A program made the position numbers and the translations under genes. A stretch of DNA of 28,122 nt from Pseudomonadota bacterium (GTDB taxonomy: Bacteria; Pseudomonadota; Alphaproteobacteria; M2410), in NCBI GenBank assembly GCA_038748465.1, contig JBCDJA010000001.1, positions 1 through 28,122 on the forward strand, read 5' to 3'. The first letter of the stretch is position 1. Each line of letters starts with the position of its first letter. The notes beneath the pieces are model-generated. The model was given only the letters and a program-made list of their open reading frames with translations, was not told the origin of the DNA and made no database searches. Below, one piece after another: positions 17,851 through 26,774 of the stretch.

Positions 17851-17947
17851 GTAGCGGGAGGGATCACCGAAACCGCGTGCCCAATCGGCTGTGCCGTTCG
17901 CGCGGCTGGTCCATGCTTTGCTTAAGACTCGCGCAAAGGAGTGGTTT

Positions 17948-18796
17948 ATGGCCGTTGCGCCCCTCACAGAGATATCGCCCACCAAAGCGCCCGTCATGGC
18001 GGCGTTGCGCCATGCGAGTGCTCAGACGGGGACGGATTTTACATATCTCCTGCAAACCGCCATGCGCGAGAGCAGCTTAAACCCCACCGTCAAAGCCAAG
18101 ACGTCCTCTGCAACCGGGCTTTTCCAGTTCATCGAGCAAACCTGGTTGGCGACGGTCAAACAATCAGGCGCGCGGCACGGACTTGCGCAAGAGGCGGCGC
18201 AGATCGAGCGCACCGCAACGGGGCGCTTTACCGTGCCGGACGAAACTGCCCGGGCGGAAATCCTTGCCCTGCGAGAAGATCCCACCATCGCGGCGCTGAT
18301 GGCCGGCGAGCTGTCGGCAAAAAACGGTGCGAGCCTTGAAGGGGCGCTTGGGCGGGCCGCCTCCGCAGGCGAGCTTTATATTGCGCATTTTCTTGGCCCC
18401 CGCGCCGGGGCAGCGCTTATCGGCGCGGCCGGTGAAACCCCGGACATACCGGCCGACAGCCTGTTTCCCCAGGCCGCCGCGGCAAACAAGCCGATTTTTT
18501 ATCATGCCTCCGGCGCGCCGCGCTCGGTGGCAGAGGTTTATGACAACTTGATTGCCAAACATGGGGCTGAGGGCGCCACGCCCCCCCTCGATGGGCTCCG
18601 TGTCGCTGACGCCGCCGGCCTGCAGGCTCTGCCCGCGCATGCAAGCCAGCCTGGGGGCCAGCAGAATAGGGGGTCAGGGCCGGCAGCGCTTGCTCCCTCC
18701 CTGACGACCCGCCTAAGCCCGGCCATGCTCGATATATTATGGCGACTTGATCCGCTTGCGGTCGATCAAGACTGGTCCGGTCGCGCCAAGGCCTAA
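17948..18796 (+). CDS. Lytic transglycosylase (SLT domain) protein
   Basis: Motifs YLLQTAMRESS (catalytic Glu), SSATGLFQFIEQTWL and LYIAHFLG; AAGGAG RBS before ATG 17948. Confidence 0.88.
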   Translation: MAVAPLTEISPTKAPVMAALRHASAQTGTDFTYLLQTAMRESSLNPTVKAKTSSATGLFQFIEQTWLATVKQSGARHGLAQEAAQIERTATGRFTVPDETARAEILALREDPTIAALMAGELSAKNGASLEGALGRAASAGELYIAHFLGPRAGAALIGAAGETPDIPADSLFPQAAAANKPIFYHASGAPRSVAEVYDNLIAKHGAEGATPPLDGLRVADAAGLQALPAHASQPGGQQNRGSGPAALAPSLTTRLSPAMLDILWRLDPLAVDQDWSGRAKA

Positions 18797-18999
18797 TCGC
18801 AGGCCACACAGACCGGCTGCCTTATTGCTCGTTTTCCGAGTAAATTTTCTCGACTTTTCGAAGAATTCGTTTAAGTGTGTTTTCAAATCGTTCGTTGGGT
18901 CTAAAGTCCGTAGCAAGTTTTGGCTTCGATACTCCGGTGCGGGTGGAACAGTCGGCACACTTTTAAAGTGTAATGCCGGACGAGCGGATGGAGTGGCCA

Positions 19000-20196
19000 A
19001 TGCGGGTTGAGCTGACCCGGGCAGATATTCACGAATTGATGGAAAATCCGTCCGAAGAGACGCGGGCGGAGATTGCGGAAAAAGTGGCGCGTAATGTCGC
19101 CGCCGGCAATTTGTCAGAAAACGAACGGCATATCGCCGATCAGATTCTCGGCATGATGGTCGAGGATACGGCCGTGCGGGTGCGCGAGGCGCTTTCGCTT
19201 TCGCTCAAGGACAGCGATGACATCCCCCGCAGTTTGGCGATCAATCTTGCCCGCGATATCGAGCGGGTCGCAAACCCCATGCTCGCCAATTCGCCGGTCT
19301 TCACGCCGGACGATCTGATCCATTTTGTCCGTGTAGGGACGGCACAAAAGCAAATTGCCGTTGCAGGCCGCCAAAACCTTGAAGGGGATGTGTCGGACGC
19401 GCTTGTCGAGGCAGGCAACAGCACCGTTGTTGCAGCGCTCTTTCGTAATGAGACGGCGTCAATCGCCCCGCAAACCATGGAGCGGGCGTTTAACCGGTTC
19501 GGTGCCTTTGAAGAAGTGCATGAGCCCATGGCCGCCCGCACGGATCTGCCTCTCGCGGTTGCCGAGAAGCTCGTGACGCTTGTTGCCGATCACATCCGCA
19601 CAGCGCTCATCGATCGCCATGGCGCGTCGGTGGGCACAATCGTTGAGGATCTGACCGTCCGCAGCCGGGAGAAATTGATCGCCGAATTGGCGCTTGGCTG
19701 CGTGGATCACGAGGAGATCCACCGGCTTGTTCAGCACTTGCACCGCTCGGGCTCTCTGACCCATTCGCTGATCCTTCGCTCGGCCATCCTTGGCAATTTG
19801 CGGTTTATGGAAGAAGCATTTGCGGTTCTTGCGGGGGTCGACCACACCAAGGCTTGGGTGCTTGTCCATGATCGGGGCACCTTAGGGCTGAAGGCGCTTT
19901 ACTCCGAGACCGGACTGCCGCCGCGGCTTTATCCGGCCTTCCGCGTCGCCGTGGATGTCTTCAATGCCATGGAATATGACGAGGGCCCCCTTGATCGCGA
20001 GCGGTTTGCCGAGCGCTCAATGGAACGAATTTTGACCCAATATCATTCGCTGGAGGCGGATGATTTGGAGTTCTTCCTCAATCGGCTTCAGGAGTTGGCC
20101 CAGGGCCCTGCCACAGCAGATGAGGCGTTTGCCCGGGCAGAGGGGGTGGGCGAAAGCGAGGCCGCGGCCATCGCCCCTCACGTCGCCGCGCAATAG
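19000..20196 (+). CDS. DUF2336 domain-containing protein
   Basis: Motifs VRVREALSLSL, LARDIERVANPMLANSPVFTPDDLI, QIAVAGR and LVEAGNSTVVAALFRNETA; GGAG before ATG 19000. Confidence 0.85.
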   Translation: MRVELTRADIHELMENPSEETRAEIAEKVARNVAAGNLSENERHIADQILGMMVEDTAVRVREALSLSLKDSDDIPRSLAINLARDIERVANPMLANSPVFTPDDLIHFVRVGTAQKQIAVAGRQNLEGDVSDALVEAGNSTVVAALFRNETASIAPQTMERAFNRFGAFEEVHEPMAARTDLPLAVAEKLVTLVADHIRTALIDRHGASVGTIVEDLTVRSREKLIAELALGCVDHEEIHRLVQHLHRSGSLTHSLILRSAILGNLRFMEEAFAVLAGVDHTKAWVLVHDRGTLGLKALYSETGLPPRLYPAFRVAVDVFNAMEYDEGPLDRERFAERSMERILTQYHSLEADDLEFFLNRLQELAQGPATADEAFARAEGVGESEAAAIAPHVAAQ

Positions 20197-20205
20197 AGCG
20201 GGTCG

Positions 20206-21246
20206 TTACTGGCCCGATGCGAAGCGGGGCTCTTCTTTGGCGGCGTCGCCTTGCCGGTCGCGGTTTAGTCGCAGGACCGATTTAAGGCTGTTGCCGACTG
20301 GAAGTTTCGCAAACCGATCAAGCCACGAACCGCTTGGATCACCCGCTGACGGATCATCAGCTCCCGCGACATCCGCCCGGTCGTCAACGGCTGGTTCCAT
20401 CGGTTCTTTTGCCAGCCGCAGGGCCGGCGCCAGGGCGTCGATTTTGGCGGCATAGTCGGCCTCGTACCAGCTCAACAGATCGCGCAAGGTGCTCGGCCCA
20501 CGGAAGAGCCGGCCCTGGACCCGGTCAAAGCCGAGATCGACAAGCGCGTGCAGGGTTTCCTCGTTTTCAACACCCACCGCGGTTGTTGTGAGATGGTTCT
20601 TGTCGGCAAAGGCCACCCGGCTCGGGATGAGCCCGCGGCGCGTAAAGACCGTCGACAGCGCAAAATTGATGATCGATTGCCCGCCGATTTTCACTTCAGA
20701 GAACGGGAACGGTTTGATTTGCCGGAGCTCAAAGGGACGGGCCCCCGGACCGTCAAGCGCAAGCCCGATGCCGGCCTGCTCGAGTTGCGCTAGCACTGGC
20801 GCAAAGTCCGGCCAGTCTTCGAGATAACGGGCCGCCAAGGCGCCCTCCGGGATGTCGAGGGACAGGCGGCCGGGCCCGAGCGCCGGCGTGTTGACCAATT
20901 GGGTCAAGGTTTCGACGAAGGAGGGCTCAAGCAAGGTCCCGAGCGGAATGTTGATGCTGATCGGCCAATCGAGGTTTTTGGAGCGGAGAATCCGAGCGCT
21001 TTCGATCGCGCGCTTGAGCACGAATTTCGTCACCTCGTGGATCCGCCCTTGGCTCTCCATAAAGTTGAGAAAGAGGTTCGGCGCCATCAGCCCGAATTTC
21101 GGGTGGTCCCAGCGAATGAAGGCCTCAAGCGAGGCGATCTCGCCGGACCCGAGGCTGAGCTGGGGCTGGTAGAAGACGACGAGCTGTTCAGCGCTAAAGG
21201 CGCTATCGATGTCCTGTTGGGTCAGTCGAACGCGGGTACCGGACAT
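20206..21246 (-). CDS. Stand-alone EAL-domain protein with degenerate catalytic motifs
   Basis: Motifs FYQPQ, EAFIRW and ISINI are present. LALDGPGA replaces DDFGTG, KIGGQS replaces KIDRS, and AVGVE replaces AEGVE. The start is 21246 or 21267. Confidence 0.88.
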   Translation of the reverse strand: MSGTRVRLTQQDIDSAFSAEQLVVFYQPQLSLGSGEIASLEAFIRWDHPKFGLMAPNLFLNFMESQGRIHEVTKFVLKRAIESARILRSKNLDWPISINIPLGTLLEPSFVETLTQLVNTPALGPGRLSLDIPEGALAARYLEDWPDFAPVLAQLEQAGIGLALDGPGARPFELRQIKPFPFSEVKIGGQSIINFALSTVFTRRGLIPSRVAFADKNHLTTTAVGVENEETLHALVDLGFDRVQGRLFRGPSTLRDLLSWYEADYAAKIDALAPALRLAKEPMEPAVDDRADVAGADDPSAGDPSGSWLDRFAKLPVGNSLKSVLRLNRDRQGDAAKEEPRFASGQ

Positions 21247-21330
21247 GCCACTTCCTGAGCCAATCATGCGCGCAGGTCAGAAACGGTGGGCGGACCGACC
21301 GGCCGATCCCGTGCGCGTTTTCCAAGGCGC

Positions 21331-21366
21331 CAACGCCAGCCTCAACGCCGCCGTCAACGCCCTGGG
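21331..21366. repeat. 12-bp imperfect tandem repeat x3 (caacgcc core), intergenic
   Basis: caacgccagcct / caacgccgccgt / caacgccctggg. Confidence 0.65.
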
Positions 21367-21462
21367 ACTATGCCCGAGAAGCCTTCGAAAAGGCTTAACG
21401 GCGCAGGGGGCGGCTTGCCGGCGTGTCGGAAGGCGCTGGGAGGGCGGCGGCCTGGGGGCTCG

Positions 21463-22233
21463 TCACGCATCGAAGAATTGCTCGCTCAAGATCCGCTCTT
21501 CAAGGGAATGCCCGGCATCGAACAGCATGGTGATTGTCACGTCCTTGGCCTCCTGGACGACGACCTTTTCCACGTGGCGCACTTCGGTGTGGTCTGCAAC
21601 GGCGCTCACCGGGCGTTTTTCATGCTCCAAAACCGTTATGATGACTTTTGAGCGGTGGGGAAGCAGGGCCCCGCGCCAGCGCCGGGGGCGGAACGCGCTG
21701 ATTGGGGTAAGTGCCAAGAGCCGGGCATCGATCGGGATCACAGGGCCGTGGGCTGACAAATTATACGCGGTGCTGCCGGCCGGGGTTGCAACGATCAACC
21801 CATCGCAGGTCAGCTCATCCATCCGTACACGGCCGTCGATCTCGATCTGAAGCTTGGCGGTCTGGCGGGTTTCGCGAAGCAGCGACACCTCGTTGATCGC
21901 CAACCCATCCACCTTCTCGCCCCCCGTCGTGGTGGCCAACATTTGCAGCGGCCTGATACGGGTGAGCTCGGCCTTTTGCAGCCTCGCAACGAGGCCGTCT
22001 TCCTCATATTCATTCATCAGGAAGCCGACCGTGCCGCGGTTCATGCCGTAAATCGGCACCCCAAGTCCCAAAAATTTGTGCATGGTCTGAAGCATAAAGC
22101 CATCGCCCCCGAGGGCGATGACGGCCTGGGCCTCGGCCGGGGCGCAATTGCCATACCGATGCACAAGTCGCCGCAAGGCGTGCTGCGCGTCGTCCGTGGG
22201 GCTGGCAACAAAGGCCAGGCGGTCTTCAATCAT
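21463..22233 (-). CDS. nadK: NAD kinase
   Basis: Motifs [27 protein letters not shown] and [21 protein letters not shown]. Confidence 0.96.
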   Translation of the reverse strand: MIEDRLAFVASPTDDAQHALRRLVHRYGNCAPAEAQAVIALGGDGFMLQTMHKFLGLGVPIYGMNRGTVGFLMNEYEEDGLVARLQKAELTRIRPLQMLATTTGGEKVDGLAINEVSLLRETRQTAKLQIEIDGRVRMDELTCDGLIVATPAGSTAYNLSAHGPVIPIDARLLALTPISAFRPRRWRGALLPHRSKVIITVLEHEKRPVSAVADHTEVRHVEKVVVQEAKDVTITMLFDAGHSLEERILSEQFFDA

Positions 22234-22341
22234 CGCAAGGCCCGCATGTGAGACCCGGGAAATGGCTGGCATTAGAGCGCTGTGCCAAGGATGTGTGGAT
22301 AGGCTTTGCCTCGCTCCTTGGCAAGCGCGGGTGCGACGGGC

Positions 22342-23385
22342 CTATCCCCCGGTCGCTGACATATGCCGCGCGACAGAGGGGCGGGCCCCGGGCCGATCGA
22401 TCACAAAATCATGGCCCTTTGGCTTGCGGGAAATCGCCTCGTCGATGGCACGATGGAGCGCCGCATCATCGCCCGATTGGCGAAGCGGGGTTTTAAGGTC
22501 GGCGGCGTCATCCTGGCCGAGGCACAAATAAAGCGTCCCCTGGCAGGTCAGGCGCACGCGGTTGCAGCTTTCACAAAAATTATGGGTGTGGGGGGTGATA
22601 AACCCGACGCGCCCACCGGTTTCCAGGGCCGTCACATAGCGGGCCGGGCCGGCCGTGCGATAGGCGCTGTCTTGCAGGGTGTAGCGTTTTTCAAGGTCCG
22701 CGCGGACTGTGGTGAGGGGCAGGTAATGGGCAGTGCGATCCTCGTCGATTTCACCGAGGGGCATGGTCTCGATAAACGTGATGTCCATGCCGAGCCCGTG
22801 GGCCCAGTCGACCAAATCGGGCAGTTCCGCCTCGTTCACCCCTTTCAGCGCCACCGTGTTGATCTTCACCTTCAGTCCCGCCTCCAGCGCCTCATCAAGC
22901 CCGCGGCGGACCTTATCAAGGTCCCCCCAGCGGGTGATCGCCCGGAATTTGTCGGCATCCAGGGTGTCGAGCGAGACGTTGATGCGCCGAACCCCATACT
23001 CGGCCAATTGTTTTGCATAGCGCGCCAATTGGCTGCCATTCGATGTCAGCGTGATCTCTTCAAGCGCTCCACTGTCTAAATGGCGGGACAGGCGCTCAAT
23101 GAGCCACAAGATGTTGCGTCTCACGAGGGGCTCGCCCCCGGTGAGCCGCAATTTTGTGACCCCCCGCGCGACAAAGGCCGTGCAAATCCGCTCAAGCTCC
23201 TCAAGCGACAACACCTCGCTCTTTGACAGGAAGGTCATGTCCTCCGCCATGCAATAGACGCAGCGGAAGTCGCACCGGTCTGTCACCGACACGCGTAAAT
23301 AGGTGACGTGTCTGCCGAACGGGTCCACCAGCCGGTCGGTTGGCGCGTCGGTGGGACGGGGGAAGAGGGGCGGGAGTGCGTTCAT
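22342..23385 (-). CDS. moaA: GTP 3',8-cyclase MoaA (molybdenum cofactor biosynthesis, radical SAM)
   Basis: Motifs [26 protein letters not shown] and [12 protein letters not shown]...C, with C-terminal GG. Confidence 0.97.
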   Translation of the reverse strand: MNALPPLFPRPTDAPTDRLVDPFGRHVTYLRVSVTDRCDFRCVYCMAEDMTFLSKSEVLSLEELERICTAFVARGVTKLRLTGGEPLVRRNILWLIERLSRHLDSGALEEITLTSNGSQLARYAKQLAEYGVRRINVSLDTLDADKFRAITRWGDLDKVRRGLDEALEAGLKVKINTVALKGVNEAELPDLVDWAHGLGMDITFIETMPLGEIDEDRTAHYLPLTTVRADLEKRYTLQDSAYRTAGPARYVTALETGGRVGFITPHTHNFCESCNRVRLTCQGTLYLCLGQDDAADLKTPLRQSGDDAALHRAIDEAISRKPKGHDFVIDRPGARPSVARHMSATGG

Positions 23386-23579
23386 GGTGACTGCCCTGGA
23401 TGTTGCCTTGCCGTTTTTTCGGATCGTAGCAAGGGACAGGCGCACGGGGCAATTGCATCGCCAGAAAACCCGCCGGGCCAAGTGCTGACACGCTGGGCCT
23501 TTGGCGGCCACTCTTGAGGGGCTGGCGTTCCTATGCAACGAATTAAGCCACACAGAAGACCAAATGGGAGGCTCTGACC

Positions 23580-24416
23580 ATGGCACTGGCAGACGGCGAC
23601 AATCTGGTTCTCGGCTCGGCCGAGGGGGTTGCAAACGGGGCAAGCTCCGCGATCCATACCCACCCCGAGGTGAAAGAAGCTGTTAGCGAAGAGGAATGGC
23701 AAGCGCGGATTGACCTTGCTGCCGCCTACCGCTTGGTGGCCTTGCATGGCTGGGACGATCTCATTTTCACGCATCTATCGGTCCGTGTTCCGGGGCCGGA
23801 GCACCACTTTTTGATTAACCCCTACGGGCTGCTGTTTGAGGAAATCACCGCCTCGAGCCTGGTTAAAATCGACACCGAGGGCAACACGGTGATGGAGACG
23901 CCGTATTTCGTGAATGCGGCCGGCTTTACAATCCACAGTGCCATGCACATGTCCCGGGAAGATGCCAATGCGGTCATTCATCTTCATACCGATCAAGGGG
24001 CTGCGGTGTCCTCCCATGCCGATGGCCTGCTGCCGATCACGCAGACCGCCATGGCTGTGATCGGCGATCTGGCTTACCACGATTACGAAGGGGTTGCCTT
24101 TGACCTCGATGAGCGAGACCGCCTGGTCCACGACATCGGCGATAAGCACTTTTTGTTGCTGCGCAATCACGGCACCCTGACCATCGGCAAATCGGTCGCC
24201 GATGCGTGGCTGCGCATGTTCTTCCTGGAGCGGGCCTGTAAAATGCAAATCATGGCCCTGTCCGCTGGACGGGACAAACTCCTTGAGTGCGACGATGAAA
24301 TGCAAGAACGGGTGCTGGAACAAACCTCGCTCGCCTTTTCAGGGCCTGGCGGCATGCTGTCTTGGCCCGCCTTGCTTCGTAAGCTTGACCGGAGGGATCC
24401 ATCCTATCGGCTTTAG
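23580..24416 (+). CDS. Class II aldolase/adducin family protein
   Basis: Motifs [31 protein letters not shown], the metal-binding His residues in IHSAMH and IHLHT, and LLRNHG; GGGAGG RBS. Confidence 0.92.
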   Translation: MALADGDNLVLGSAEGVANGASSAIHTHPEVKEAVSEEEWQARIDLAAAYRLVALHGWDDLIFTHLSVRVPGPEHHFLINPYGLLFEEITASSLVKIDTEGNTVMETPYFVNAAGFTIHSAMHMSREDANAVIHLHTDQGAAVSSHADGLLPITQTAMAVIGDLAYHDYEGVAFDLDERDRLVHDIGDKHFLLLRNHGTLTIGKSVADAWLRMFFLERACKMQIMALSAGRDKLLECDDEMQERVLEQTSLAFSGPGGMLSWPALLRKLDRRDPSYRL

Positions 24417-24452
24417 GCGCGTAATGATCGAGCTCGCACGCCGAGGAGGCCA

Positions 24453-26774
24453 ATGTCAGTAGCGACCGGCATTGGTGCCTCTCTTCTGCGGACGGAAGAT
24501 CGACGCTTCTTGACAGGCGAAGGCCGTTACACGGCCGACCTTATCCCGCAGGGCGCGCTGTGGTGTGCGTTTTATCGCTCCCCGCTCCCCCATGCGAGGA
24601 TCGGGTCGATTGAGGCAGGCCGAGCGCGCGCTGTGGGCGGTGTGGTTGATGTTCTGCTGCCGGATGATCCCGACATTGCCTGCCTTGCGCCCCTGCGCAC
24701 AGCAAGCAAGGTCAAACCCGCCCCCGGCACCTCGTTCCTCTCTTCTGAAAAGGCAATCCTGCCGCCGGATAAAGCCCGATATGAGGGTGAAATCCTGGCC
24801 GCCGTGATTGCCGAAAGCCCGTCGGCTGCTGCGGCCGGGCTCCGGGCCCTCGCCATCGATCTGGCGCCCTTGCCGGTACACCATGCGCTTGTTGCTCAGG
24901 CCACGGAAGCGCCGGTTTGGCACCTCGCACCGGATAATCGCTGCTTCACTTGGGTGCAGGGGGACAGCGAGGCGACGGGTAGGGCGTTTGACACGGCCCA
25001 TCGCACGGTGCGGGTGCGCGCGCACCAAAACCGCGTCACGGCAGCCCCGCTCGAGGGACGGGCTGCATGGGCGGAGGTTGAGGTCGAGACGGGCCGTCTT
25101 GTGCTGACGCTCGGATGCCAGGGCGTGCATAATCTCCAGCGCCGCTTGTCTGCCCATCTTGGGATCGACGCCGAGGCCCTGCGGGTGATCTGCCCGGATG
25201 TCGGCGGTGGCTTCGGGATGAAAATATTTCCCTATGCCGAATATTTGCTCGTGCTCGCTGCTGCAAAGCGGTTGGGACGTCCGGTCGCTTGGGCGGCCGA
25301 CCGGGCCGAGGGGTTTTGTGCCGACACCGGCGGGCGACGGACCGAAACCGAAGGCGCTTTGGCCCTCGACGACACGGGCCGTATTGTGGCTCAACGCTTC
25401 ACGTCCGCAGCCGATCTCGGCGCGTATTTGTCCCTCTACGGACCGGCCAATCCCACTCTCTTTGGCGGGCGGGTTTTTGGCGGCGCCTATCGCATTCCCG
25501 TAGGCCATGCCCGCGTTGATGGATTTTACACCAATGCGGCACCGATCGATGCCTATCGGGGGGCGGGCCGGCCCGAGGCGGCCTATTACATAGAGCGCCT
25601 CATGGACGAGGCTGGCCGTCAAACCGGGCTTGGGCCGTTTGAAATCCGGAGGCGGAACGTCTTAGAGGCGGCAGATCTTCCCTATACAAATTGGGCTGGG
25701 ACAAAGATCCCGGAAGGGGACTTTGCAGCGCTCCTTGAGACCGCGCAAACCCTGTGCGGTTATCACGATCTGGAAGCGCGCCGGGAGGCACGAAATGCCG
25801 AAGGCCGTTTGCTTGGCTTCGGTGTGGGCCTTTATCTCGAGATCGCCGCCGCTGACGGCGAGGAAGCCACCCTAGAGCTTGTGCCGGGCGGTCGTTTGCG
25901 GGCCCGCGTGGGCACCCAATCGAATGGGCAAGGCCATGAAACCGCCTATGCCCAGGTGCTTCATAGTGCCCTTGGGGTGCCGGTCGAGCGCATTGAGATC
26001 GTGCAAGGGGACACGGACAGGGTTGCAAGCGGGGGTGGAACCGGGGGCTCGCGTTCGCTGACGATGGCTGGCAGCGCCCTCCTGGCTGCCTCAGAGGCGT
26101 TGATCGACGCCGGACGACCGGTGGCTTGCCGGCTTTTACAGTGTACTGATGGGCAGCTTGTTTTCGATCCTACCACAGGGCGATTTTCCGCCGGCGAGGC
26201 GACGGTGGATTGGCTGTCCCTCGCCGCGGCCCAGGGCCCCTCGTTGCCTGAGCCGCTCTCCGGGCACGGCCGGTTTAAGCCGGCGGGCAATACCTTTCCA
26301 GCCGGCTGTCATGTCGCTGAGGTGGAAATCGACTGCGAAACCGGGGCCACGCACGTAACCCGCTATGATGCGGTCGATGATTTTGGCACGGTCGTCAACC
26401 CGATGTTGGTCAAAGGGCAGATCCTTGGCGGCATTGCCCAAAGCATCGGGCAGGTGCTCAGTGAGGAAATTGTCTTCGACCCGGACACCGGGCACCTCGT
26501 CTCGGCGGGATTTGATGGCTATGGCATGCCCCGAGCAGGGGTGTTACCGCCGATCAATCATACACTGATCGGAGCGCCCTCGGGCCTTAATCCTCTTGGC
26601 ACCAAGGGGTGCGGTGAAGCGGGAACGATCGGCGCGCTTGCGGCTGTCTCGAATGCGGTGGCCGACGCGTTAAGCCCCTTTGACCTTGACGCGATCCCGC
26701 TTCCTGCAACACCCGCCGCGGTGTGGCGGGCCATGCAGGCTCCGGCTAAAAAAACAAGAAGCGGGACCGGTTGA
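24453..26774 (+). CDS. Xanthine dehydrogenase family Mo-binding large subunit (CoxL/CutL-like, AYRGAGR type)
   Basis: Motifs RTEDRRFLTGEGRY, DVGGGFGMK, AYRGAGRPEA, QGHET, GTGGSRS and KGCGEAG. Confidence 0.92.
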   Translation: MSVATGIGASLLRTEDRRFLTGEGRYTADLIPQGALWCAFYRSPLPHARIGSIEAGRARAVGGVVDVLLPDDPDIACLAPLRTASKVKPAPGTSFLSSEKAILPPDKARYEGEILAAVIAESPSAAAAGLRALAIDLAPLPVHHALVAQATEAPVWHLAPDNRCFTWVQGDSEATGRAFDTAHRTVRVRAHQNRVTAAPLEGRAAWAEVEVETGRLVLTLGCQGVHNLQRRLSAHLGIDAEALRVICPDVGGGFGMKIFPYAEYLLVLAAAKRLGRPVAWAADRAEGFCADTGGRRTETEGALALDDTGRIVAQRFTSAADLGAYLSLYGPANPTLFGGRVFGGAYRIPVGHARVDGFYTNAAPIDAYRGAGRPEAAYYIERLMDEAGRQTGLGPFEIRRRNVLEAADLPYTNWAGTKIPEGDFAALLETAQTLCGYHDLEARREARNAEGRLLGFGVGLYLEIAAADGEEATLELVPGGRLRARVGTQSNGQGHETAYAQVLHSALGVPVERIEIVQGDTDRVASGGGTGGSRSLTMAGSALLAASEALIDAGRPVACRLLQCTDGQLVFDPTTGRFSAGEATVDWLSLAAAQGPSLPEPLSGHGRFKPAGNTFPAGCHVAEVEIDCETGATHVTRYDAVDDFGTVVNPMLVKGQILGGIAQSIGQVLSEEIVFDPDTGHLVSAGFDGYGMPRAGVLPPINHTLIGAPSGLNPLGTKGCGEAGTIGALAAVSNAVADALSPFDLDAIPLPATPAAVWRAMQAPAKKTRSGTG

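Noticed and set aside
23386-23579. Moco riboswitch upstream of moaA
   Set aside because: I could not find the motif's hallmark segments. Only a simple hairpin is present (ccttg...ccg-aaaaaa-cgg-caagg on the minus strand).
17198-26774. Both convergent gene pairs overlap by exactly 29 bp (17198-17226 and 26746-26774)
   Set aside because: The sequences are unrelated and short convergent overlaps are common, so I treat it as coincidence.
24453-26774. Calling the Mo subunit a CO dehydrogenase (coxL)
   Set aside because: It has AYRGAGR rather than the form I AYxCSFR motif, and there are no coxM, coxS or accessory genes in the window.
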